A DNA stretch of 64,000 bases. Source: Gammaproteobacteria bacterium. GTDB taxonomy: Bacteria; Pseudomonadota; Gammaproteobacteria; Arenicellales; Poriferihabitantaceae. Under the pieces are notes generated by a model that had not been told where the DNA came from, ran no database searches, and was given only the letters and a program-made list of their open reading frames with translations. A program made the position numbers and the translations under genes. Shown here piece after piece: positions 20,446-28,091 of the stretch. The stretch is taken from contig JAUILZ010000001.1 of the NCBI GenBank assembly GCA_030432755.1, forward strand, positions 203,388 to 267,387, given 5' to 3'. Position 1 is the first letter of the stretch. Each line of letters starts with the position of its first letter.

Positions 20446-23130
20446 TCAGCGGTGGGAATGCGCCCTGCCGAACCGGATATTGCCGACGATACCGTCTTCC
20501 GTAATCGACACCGACGTGGGCCAGCAACGAATGCCATAGGCGTCGCATATGCGGCGATCGGGGTCTGGTACGAAAGGCAGCTCCAGGCCGTGTTCACGCG
20601 CGAAGGCGGCTACCGTATCCCTGTCCTCTCCACCGTTGACGGCAATGACCATCGGGTTCGATGCGCCCGTGTCTTCGCCGTCACGGGGTTTGTCCCTCGC
20701 GACCATGGCCTCGCGCAGGGCGCGCAGGCAGGGGGTCGACCAGGACTGGCAGAACAGCAGCACAACGGCCCGCCCCTTCAACCTGCGCAAAGCCAGTTGC
20801 TCTCCGCCGATGGATTCGAGCAGCACGTCGGGGGCCCGCTGGCCCACGCCGACATGCAGGCTGAGTACGCGCTGCTCCGGCGGGGGCGCCGCAACAGTGT
20901 GTTTGCGAAGCGCCGCGGCAAACTCCCGGGGCTCCAGGCGGCCAGCCTGCTGCCAGGAGAACTCGCCCCTGGCATTGGTGAGAAAGGTTGCCGGCAAATC
21001 CCGCGCGCCAAATACCCGGGACCACCCGCCCAGGGTGTCCTCCACGATGGATACCTGTCCGCGGAAATCCGGCAGGCTTCCCAGCCTGCGCTCCAGCTCC
21101 CGGCGGGGCATGTTGAAGCTGCCTTCCGGGAGCACCAGGGCCATGGCCATCGGCGCCTCGGGGTGGAAGTTCCCGAATGCCTGGTTGAGCCCTTCAAAGG
21201 GCGCCCCCGCGTCCAGGTTGGCGAAATGGACGATGGTGTTGGCTCCGGTTTCCCCGGGGTTGAGGGTGATGGACTCGACATGCCCGAGGATGGATTCCGC
21301 CAGGATGTCTTCCGGGGGCGGGTCGACGTCCCAGATCGGTGCCATGATCCGGTCCCACCAGGACGGCATCATGAACACGAACTCCTTGCCCTCGACGCTG
21401 CAGGTATCGCCGCCCTCGGTAGGGTAAACGCCGCCGATCTGGGACGGCAGAGATATGTTGTAGCCGGGGTTGACGTAGCGGCCGCGCAGGTAGAGACAGA
21501 TCTGCGGCAGGTGCTCGATGTCGTCGGGCTTCGGCAGGATGAACCGGTGGGGGTCCGAGTGGCCCTCGGTGGTGCCGCTCCAGGGAATGAAGCTGATGCC
21601 CTGCTTGACCCAGGTCCATTCGAAGGTATCGATGATTCCGGCGGGAATCCAGCTCTTGAGCGCGCTGAATCCCTTGTCGTCGCCGGTGTGGGTGACCTTG
21701 ACCATGGGCTCCGGCCGCTGCCGGGTCCAGACAATGCCGTGGAGAATGATGCCATCCCCGGTGGCTTCCATGGAACGGTATTTCGCATGGGTATGACTGT
21801 CGAATGACTTGAGCGCGTCATCGATGCTGCCGGCTCCACTGAACACCTGGTCGATCTGGTTGCGTGCTGCATCGAGGGCATTGTCGCGCTCGGTAATGAA
21901 GGCGCTGGTCACCGCCGATGTGGCCGAGCCTTCCACCAGGCCGCCGAAGGGTCCATTGACGTTGACGTTGACGACAGGTTGTCCATGTGGCACGACGTCC
22001 AGTGACTGCGAGCCCTCGTCGAAGGTGAACTTGACGTCCTGCTGGATGGAAAACGAGCCGACGTTGGGCGCCCACCAGGCGGGTGTGGTGGAATTGCCAC
22101 TGATATTGATGCGGATCCGGTTGTTGACCCAGGAGGCCTGGGCCTGGTTGAAGTTCGTGGTGTAGGTTGCGGTGGCCGTCGGACTCGACACGGTGAACTG
22201 GGGATGGCTGGCCTTGATGGCATCGAGCTGGGGTTGCACCAGCGAAAGAACGAATTCCTTGCTTACCGCGATGGCGAACGAGTCGCTGCCGGCGACGAAA
22301 GCGTTGTTCAGCCCGCCAAGCGCCGAGTCGGGCGGCATCGGCCCGCCGGAGAGGTGGACGGGAAGCGCCACCACCTGGCTGTTGCCACTGCCGAGCGCCT
22401 TGAAGCTGGAAAACTGAAATCCCTGGGGCAGCTCGAGGTTGGTGGGCTCGAATCCCTTGCGTACCGCGCGGCGGATCTCCGATTCCAGCTCCGCCACCTC
22501 GCTGCTACTGAGCCCCGTGCCCGGCGCTGTCTCGAACTGGATATCGTTGTCATTCTGCGGGAATCCGACCTCCAGTAACCGCGTGTTGAACCCGGGATTA
22601 TCCACCACCCTCAGTTCGAAGCGGATATGCACGCTGCCGTGAATCGGATCCGGCAGAGCGGGTGTGCCGGGATCCGGAATGAAGTTGGCGCGTATCTCAA
22701 CGCTGCCATTGACCTCGCTGGTGGCTCCCGGAGGGAACTCCACGATCGGCGTACCGAGCTGCACCTGGGCGAAGCCGCTGATCTTGCTCGGATCCGCCGG
22801 CTGGAGCGGGGTCAGCTTCCACCCGTCCAGCGCCCGTGACAGTTCCGCGCTGATCCCCGGTGGCGCCTTTCTGACCAGCACGTCGGTCGAGGTCCTGGCT
22901 GCCTGAAGGCTGCTGTTCTGGAGCACCATGTGGTTCCAGTTCGCCAGTTGCGCGACGGGTTTGAACGACAACCGGGAGGGTTCCCCCACGCGCAGCGAGA
23001 AGCTGTGCTGGAAAGTCGGGGAATTCTCCGGGGAATGGCCGTTCTGGTGCAGGGTGCCCGCCACGCCGTTGATGACCCGGGTCCGGACCTGGACGAGCGC
23101 GTCGTAGTCGCCGGTGAGATTGTTTGCCAT
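20446..23130 (-). CDS. 894-aa protein of unknown function with two C-terminal degenerate thioredoxin-like (TlpA/redoxin) folds
   Basis: AAGGAGG lies 7 nt before the ATG, and codon bias is strongly coding. No signal peptide. The last ~135 aa read VVLLFCQSWSTPCLRAL...IRCWPTSVSITEDGIVGNI, i.e. a WCxPC motif with the first Cys replaced by Ser plus the cis-Pro loop. A cysteine-free copy precedes it (TIVHFANLDAGAP...DLPATFLTNARGEF). Confidence 0.85.
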   Translation of the reverse strand: MANNLTGDYDALVQVRTRVINGVAGTLHQNGHSPENSPTFQHSFSLRVGEPSRLSFKPVAQLANWNHMVLQNSSLQAARTSTDVLVRKAPPGISAELSRALDGWKLTPLQPADPSKISGFAQVQLGTPIVEFPPGATSEVNGSVEIRANFIPDPGTPALPDPIHGSVHIRFELRVVDNPGFNTRLLEVGFPQNDNDIQFETAPGTGLSSSEVAELESEIRRAVRKGFEPTNLELPQGFQFSSFKALGSGNSQVVALPVHLSGGPMPPDSALGGLNNAFVAGSDSFAIAVSKEFVLSLVQPQLDAIKASHPQFTVSSPTATATYTTNFNQAQASWVNNRIRINISGNSTTPAWWAPNVGSFSIQQDVKFTFDEGSQSLDVVPHGQPVVNVNVNGPFGGLVEGSATSAVTSAFITERDNALDAARNQIDQVFSGAGSIDDALKSFDSHTHAKYRSMEATGDGIILHGIVWTRQRPEPMVKVTHTGDDKGFSALKSWIPAGIIDTFEWTWVKQGISFIPWSGTTEGHSDPHRFILPKPDDIEHLPQICLYLRGRYVNPGYNISLPSQIGGVYPTEGGDTCSVEGKEFVFMMPSWWDRIMAPIWDVDPPPEDILAESILGHVESITLNPGETGANTIVHFANLDAGAPFEGLNQAFGNFHPEAPMAMALVLPEGSFNMPRRELERRLGSLPDFRGQVSIVEDTLGGWSRVFGARDLPATFLTNARGEFSWQQAGRLEPREFAAALRKHTVAAPPPEQRVLSLHVGVGQRAPDVLLESIGGEQLALRRLKGRAVVLLFCQSWSTPCLRALREAMVARDKPRDGEDTGASNPMVIAVNGGEDRDTVAAFAREHGLELPFVPDPDRRICDAYGIRCWPTSVSITEDGIVGNIRFGRAHSHR

Positions 23131-23158
23131 GGTGTTGCCTCCTTGGCCGGGTTTGCGG

Positions 23159-23668
23159 TCAGGTCAATTGGAAGTTGTTGCCGTTGCGCGCGAGGTGAAA
23201 GGTCGGACCCGCCTCGTCCTCTGCCTTGTGCCTGGTGACCGGCGGCAGCACGATGGTCTGGGATTCGGGGGCGAAAGGGGGATTGGCCGCCGTGACGACG
23301 GTGCATTCGCAGGTGATATCGCCGTAGCTCCGGCTGTCCAGGCCGGCGCTGACGGATTCGCCGGTGGCGTTGATGGCGGTGCCGCTATCCCCGCCGCGGG
23401 CATGGGGACCATCGATCTGCGGGTCGTTCGGGCCGCCAATGGTTCCCGTGTTGTATCCGGGGTCGATCTTCAGCACCTTGACGAAACGCCACTCGATGCT
23501 GTCCAGCGCCGGCGCGTCACCCGACGTCTGGTGGAGTCCGCCGTCGTAATTGAAATGCATCAGCGCGAGTCGACCTTCGCGATCGAGGACGCAGCCGGTA
23601 AAGGCGAACAGGAATATTACGGGGAGCAGAACAACGGGAATGAGCAGGTAGGACCAATCGAACATCAT
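23159..23668 (-). CDS. small putative lipoprotein / membrane-anchored protein of unknown function
   Basis: Start at MMFDWSYLLIPVVLLPVIFLFAFTGC, with GAGGA 4 nt upstream. An alternative GTG start lies at 23704. The hydrophobic segment ends in the lipobox-like F-T-G-C. Coding codon bias. Confidence 0.7.
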   Translation of the reverse strand: MMFDWSYLLIPVVLLPVIFLFAFTGCVLDREGRLALMHFNYDGGLHQTSGDAPALDSIEWRFVKVLKIDPGYNTGTIGGPNDPQIDGPHARGGDSGTAINATGESVSAGLDSRSYGDITCECTVVTAANPPFAPESQTIVLPPVTRHKAEDEAGPTFHLARNGNNFQLT

Positions 23669-23754
23669 GCCGTCCTCGTGGAGGGTTATGCCCTCGGACC
23701 GCACGACATGGCCATGCGATCCCGCTTCCTTTCACCCCTGCCCGGACCCGGGCC

Positions 23755-24486
23755 TCAATGAATCGCGAGATATCCGGTCGCCCCGGAGAGGATCATCAGT
23801 CCCGCAATCCATCCATGGGTATTGATACCCAGTATTCTGTCCTGTACTTCGCGCAACGGCTGCAGAACCATCCTCGCCAGGCCATAAAGCAGCAGCCCCG
23901 TGAAGAACACCGTGCCCGGCTGAGGCAAGGTATACCACAACTGCAGGGTGGTCACAAACAACGCCATCCCCGCGAGGGATTCGAGTAACTGGCTTGGATA
24001 CCGTGGCCGCCACAAACCATCCCGTCCGGGCAGCTTGAGCGCGATGGGGCCGCTGGTGATTCTTCCTGCGCAGCAGCCATGCAGCAGGCAGCCGAACTTC
24101 GCGATACCGAGCCCGAGACACAGCGCCGGCGTCAATAGATCCCAGTAGGCGAGCCAGTCAAGCGACAGCGCGGGTAACACCAGCGTGGATGCAGCAATCA
24201 TAGCCGCCAGTCCGCCGAGCAATGCGGCGCCGCCTGATGATCGCCGGAACAGGGCAGCCGGGTGACGACGATAGTATCGGGCATGGTGCGCGGCGTGCAG
24301 CAGTCTGACGCCCGCCAGGCCGGCCAGGAGGAGGAGAAGGGTTGCCGCAAGTACCGGCCAGGCCGGCAGGCCCGCAACCTCCGCCATCCGGCGCATGAAT
24401 ACAAACGCGGCAACTGCCGCAAGGTAGAGCAGGACCGTGTGGCTGTATATCCTGGTGCCGCGCCATTCGAGCAGGACAGGGTGCAC
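23755..24486 (-). CDS. prolipoprotein diacylglyceryl transferase (Lgt) family protein, divergent
   Basis: 243 aa polytopic protein with a GTG start. LGLGIAKFGCLLHGCCAGR aligns to E. coli FGLGAGRLGNFINGELWGR. The RYPSQLLE signature matches RHPSQLYE, and YGLARMVLQPLRE matches YGAFRIIVEFFRQ. Confidence 0.75.
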   Translation of the reverse strand: MHPVLLEWRGTRIYSHTVLLYLAAVAAFVFMRRMAEVAGLPAWPVLAATLLLLLAGLAGVRLLHAAHHARYYRRHPAALFRRSSGGAALLGGLAAMIAASTLVLPALSLDWLAYWDLLTPALCLGLGIAKFGCLLHGCCAGRITSGPIALKLPGRDGLWRPRYPSQLLESLAGMALFVTTLQLWYTLPQPGTVFFTGLLLYGLARMVLQPLREVQDRILGINTHGWIAGLMILSGATGYLAIH

Positions 24487-24497
24487 GGGGAACTCGT

Positions 24498-24926
24498 CTA
24501 GACGGACTGCAGGATTCCCAGGGTCATGAGACTGGCGCCGACGCAGATCGTGATATCGGCAAGGTTGCAGATCGTGACGCGTGGAATGCGAATGAAATCT
24601 AACGTGGCGCCGCGCAGCGCCAGGTCCATCCCGTTACTCAACGCGCCACCAGCCGCCAGCGTCAGTCCGGCGGTGTACAGCGGGTTATTCAGCGAAAAAC
24701 CCAGTGACGTAACGTTGAACACGCAGAGGACAACCATGGCGATGGCAGTGACCAGGAGGAATCGGCGACCGACCAGACCGAAACCCAGCCTGGGATTGCT
24801 GCGCGGCCGTACCATTATCGCCGGTCCGGGGCGCAATGGGCGACAGGATTCGATCCCGGCGACCACGAACTGCTTGCTGGCCTGGTCCGCCAGGACTACG
24901 ATGACGAGTACGAGGAACCACACCAT
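24498..24926 (-). CDS. signal peptidase II (LspA) family protein, short paralogue
   Basis: 142 aa from MVWFLVLVIVVLADQASKQ, with AAGGAGG 7 nt upstream. Both conserved aspartate blocks are present: GGALSNGMDLAL and ICNLADITI. The track ORF is over-extended by 45 codons. Confidence 0.8.
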   Translation of the reverse strand: MVWFLVLVIVVLADQASKQFVVAGIESCRPLRPGPAIMVRPRSNPRLGFGLVGRRFLLVTAIAMVVLCVFNVTSLGFSLNNPLYTAGLTLAAGGALSNGMDLALRGATLDFIRIPRVTICNLADITICVGASLMTLGILQSV

Positions 24927-25082
24927 GCCGCCTGCCTCCTTGTCTGCGTGTTCCGCAATGGTTGCGCGGAAGGACCATTTTACCCGAACTAAATGCAGTA
25001 CATTGACATGGGAGTCAATTGCCGCCGGTTCACAACTGGCACGGCCTGCAGAAACGCACAATTGGGGTGCAGATTTACCTCA

Positions 25083-25111
25083 TTGACGATACCGCCAGAG
25101 GTCCATAGAGT
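25083..25111 (+). promoter_or_regulatory. sigma-70 promoter candidate for the endostatin-like gene
   Basis: TTGACG, a 17-nt spacer, then TAGAGT, about 70 nt upstream of the ATG at 25181. Confidence 0.45.
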
Positions 25112-25180
25112 TTGACGCTCCGGCAGGACACGTTGCCATTGCCGGGATTCACACCAGCCACTTTCAGGGAGTTATCAGGA

Positions 25181-25840
25181 ATGAAAAACACGACCACAGT
25201 TTTGTCCGGCGCCATCTTGCTGCTACTGACCGCCCCAGGTCTGCACGCAGCCGGCGAACATCCAATGGGTTTCTTCGTCACCAGCGTCGGCATCGGCAAT
25301 GGCGCCAATCTTGGCGGGCTCGAGGGTGGTGACGCTCATTGCGCCAAGTTGGCGGAGGCCGCCGGCGCCGGTGACCGCACCTGGGTCGCCTATCTCAGCA
25401 CCCAGTCCGAAGATGGCCAGACCCGCGGCATCTCCGCCCGCGACCGTATCGGCATCGGACCCTGGTACAACGCCCACGGCGAACTGATCGCCAGCGATCT
25501 GGACGAACTGCATATCGCGCCCAACATCTTCAAGCGCACCGCGCTGGACGAGAACGGCAACCTGGTCAAGGGGCGCGGCGACAAGCCCAACGAGCACGAT
25601 ATCCTGACCGGCACCAAGGAAGACGGTACTGCCTATTTCCCCTGGGAAGAAGGCGACCATACCTGCAGCAACTGGACCAGCTCAGCCGACGGTGAGGGGA
25701 GCGCCCAGGTCGGTCACCACGATCGCCACGGCGGCGGCAATACTTCATGGAATTCCACCCACGCCTCGCGTGGTTGTAGCCAGGCCAATCTCCAGTCAAC
25801 TGGCGGAGCAGGCTTCCTGTACTGCTTCGCGGCGGACTAA
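25181..25840 (+). CDS. secreted endostatin-like / C-type-lectin-fold protein (DUF1554-like)
   Basis: Start at MKNTTTVLSGAILLLLTAPGLHA/AGE. The mature part follows the pattern FVTS..G.GANLGGLEGGDAHCAKLA...WVAYLS...CSNWTS...LYCFA, which parallels the collagen XV/XVIII endostatin domain. Call made by eye only. Confidence 0.6.
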   Translation: MKNTTTVLSGAILLLLTAPGLHAAGEHPMGFFVTSVGIGNGANLGGLEGGDAHCAKLAEAAGAGDRTWVAYLSTQSEDGQTRGISARDRIGIGPWYNAHGELIASDLDELHIAPNIFKRTALDENGNLVKGRGDKPNEHDILTGTKEDGTAYFPWEEGDHTCSNWTSSADGEGSAQVGHHDRHGGGNTSWNSTHASRGCSQANLQSTGGAGFLYCFAAD

Positions 25841-25932
25841 CCTGTAGTTACGGGTTCCCCGCGTCGTGAAAGCCCGTGCATGGCCCGTGTCCGGATAGTA
25901 GTATTCGGGATGGTCAACACTGACTTCATCCC

Positions 25933-26232
25933 ATGAAGCGACACTCCCAGGATTTCAACGGCGCCGTTATCTCCCTCCGCATCGAGGGCGACGAGTATAG
26001 TCACGACCTGGTGGCGCCGCAACTGGTGGACATGGGGGGCCGGATGTTCGTTGTCGGCGAGGTGCCGGCTGGCGCCACGGTATCGGGCTGGACCGACGGC
26101 ACCGTTTCCGGGGTGGCCTGGGACAAGGTCATCAACTATGTCGTCTTCGAGTCCGTGAAGAGCTACTACGCCGCGATCAGCGAGTCAGACAAGTACGAGG
26201 AGATGGCCGCCGGCGACCGCCGGCACAACTAG
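25933..26232 (+). CDS. hypothetical protein (99 aa)
   Basis: High G/C third-position bias supports coding. No recognisable motif and no obvious SD. Confidence 0.5.
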   Translation: MKRHSQDFNGAVISLRIEGDEYSHDLVAPQLVDMGGRMFVVGEVPAGATVSGWTDGTVSGVAWDKVINYVVFESVKSYYAAISESDKYEEMAAGDRRHN

Positions 26233-26374
26233 AAGCGGCCTCATAAAAGCCTGCGCTTGGCGATACTTCGTTGAACCCGGCCTCAGAATGCTCGTGTACT
26301 ACTTGTACACTGCGCTTCTTCGGCCACGTTCCCCTCGTCTCACCGGCGCTCGGCTGCTTTTGAGACCGCTTCTA
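26231..26374. repeat. ~144-bp imperfect palindromic intergenic element (MITE/REP-like)
   Basis: Terminal inverted repeats are AGAAGCGGCCTCATAAAAGC and GCTTTTGAGACCGCTTCT. The central hairpin is GTGTAC-TACTT-GTACAC with partly complementary arms. It lies between convergent genes. Confidence 0.6.
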
Positions 26375-26382
26375 AAGCGGCG

Positions 26383-27147
26383 CTAGCCGCGGTAGTCGAT
26401 TCCCTTGCGATCGAGCATGCGCACCATGGAAAGCCAAGAGCGTACCCCCGGGGGCTGCGCCTCGGGCGCGCCGCCGTCGTGGAACAGTTCCCTGACGATG
26501 CGATCGTCCACCAGGATGGGCTCCTGCCCTGACGCGAGTACGTCCACCTGGATCTTGCAGCTCATCTCGAGGTAGTAGAGATAGTAGAAGCATTCCGCCA
26601 CGGAACGGCCCACGGACAGGAGGCCGTGATTGCGCATGATCATGAGGAAGTTGTCGCCGAGATCACGCGCCAGGGCCTCGCATTCGTCCGCCGCCTGGGT
26701 CACGTCCTGGTAGTCGTGGTAGCAGACCGTGGGCAGGATCGAGTTCGAGTGCTGGCTGAGGGGCAGCAGGCCACATTTCATGGCGCTCACCGCGACGCCC
26801 GCGCGGCTGTGGGTATGGGCTGCGAAATGGATGTCGGGCCGCGCGCGCAGCATCGCGCTGTGGATCAGATGGCCGGCGAGGATCGGCGGGAAATCCCCCG
26901 ACACCAGGTTGCCGTCGAGATCTATCTTCACCAGGTTGGCCGCGGTGACCTCGTCCATCAGCAGGTCGTCCGCCTTGATCAGGTAGTGATTCGGTTCGCC
27001 GGGCACCCGTGCGGCCGCATGGGTATAGGTGAGATCGGTCCAGCCGAAATGGGCATACAGGCGGTAGAGGGCGGCGAGCTGTTCGCGAGCCTCGGCCTCG
27101 GTGGCGGCGGGCACGAGCCCGGATTCGATGACGGGTGGTTTGTTCAT
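26383..27147 (-). CDS. class II aldolase/adducin family protein
   Basis: 254 aa with HSAMLRARPDIHFAAHTHSRAGVAVS and MRNHGLLSVGRSVAECF, typical of the family. Confidence 0.85.
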   Translation of the reverse strand: MNKPPVIESGLVPAATEAEAREQLAALYRLYAHFGWTDLTYTHAAARVPGEPNHYLIKADDLLMDEVTAANLVKIDLDGNLVSGDFPPILAGHLIHSAMLRARPDIHFAAHTHSRAGVAVSAMKCGLLPLSQHSNSILPTVCYHDYQDVTQAADECEALARDLGDNFLMIMRNHGLLSVGRSVAECFYYLYYLEMSCKIQVDVLASGQEPILVDDRIVRELFHDGGAPEAQPPGVRSWLSMVRMLDRKGIDYRG

Positions 27148-27164
27148 GGCGGTCTCTGGATGGT

Positions 27165-28073
27165 TCAGCCGTGCAGCAACAATAATATGATCCCGCCGCA
27201 GACGAGTACAATGCCCACGGTTTCCGCGATGCTCACCTTTTCACGGAAAAACAGCGTGGTCGCGACGAAGGTGAACACCAGTTCCACCTGGCCCACGGCG
27301 CGCACGAAGCTCGCGTTCTGGATGGTAAACGCGGTGAACCAGCAGATCGAGGCCAGCGCTCCCGTCACGCCCGCGGCGCCGGCCCAGCGCCATTCGCGCA
27401 GCACCCGGCCGAATTCCCCCGGCTCGCGCAGGAGCAGATAGCCACCCATGATCAGGGTCTGGATCGCGAGGCTCACCAGCAACGTCCAGGCGGCTGCGAT
27501 GACAAAGTCGTCGACCGCCAGCGCCAGCGAGGCGCCGCGGAAAAACACGACCGATCCGCCGAGCCAGGCGGCGCAGACGAGTCCGATCAGGGTGGGCTTG
27601 CGGAACAGGCCGGCAATAAGGGTGGCCACGGACAGGCGGTTCTGTCCCAGCGACAGTGCCACCACTCCGAGGGCGGAGATGCCGATCGCGAGCATCGCCC
27701 AGCCGTTGAGGGTGTCGCCGAGCAGCAGCGCGCCGAGGATCGCCACCATTACCACCTCCAGCTTGGAGAAGGTGGTGCCCACGGCGAAGCTCTGGAAGGA
27801 AAACATCCACAGCAGGAACACCGTGAACATGATCTGGCAGACACCGCCGAGCAGGCAGAACCAGGCGAAACGGGCGTTGCCGGCGGGGATCTCGTGCACG
27901 CCAAACCGCAGCAGCAGCCACAGGTAAAGCGCCACGATGGGCAACGCGTAGAGAAAACGCGCATAGCTCGCACCCACGGTGGAGAGCCGGCCCTTGAGAT
28001 GCTTCTGCAGCGCCGAGCGCAGGTTCTGGAAGAACGCCGCGGCGATGGTGATGAAGATCCAGGTTTCCGGCAT
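27165..28073 (-). CDS. DMT superfamily (EamA-type) transporter
   Basis: 302 aa with about 10 TM segments and a duplicated EamA layout. Confidence 0.8.
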   Translation of the reverse strand: MPETWIFITIAAAFFQNLRSALQKHLKGRLSTVGASYARFLYALPIVALYLWLLLRFGVHEIPAGNARFAWFCLLGGVCQIMFTVFLLWMFSFQSFAVGTTFSKLEVVMVAILGALLLGDTLNGWAMLAIGISALGVVALSLGQNRLSVATLIAGLFRKPTLIGLVCAAWLGGSVVFFRGASLALAVDDFVIAAAWTLLVSLAIQTLIMGGYLLLREPGEFGRVLREWRWAGAAGVTGALASICWFTAFTIQNASFVRAVGQVELVFTFVATTLFFREKVSIAETVGIVLVCGGIILLLLHG

Positions 28074-28091
28074 GAAGGGTATGATCGGGGA

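Noticed and set aside
25037-25050. TGGCACGGCCTGCA, a sigma-54-like motif in the lspA-operon / endostatin-like divergent region
   Set aside because: The GG and GC dinucleotides are separated by 8 nt instead of 10. That spacing is not compatible with a functional -24/-12 promoter.
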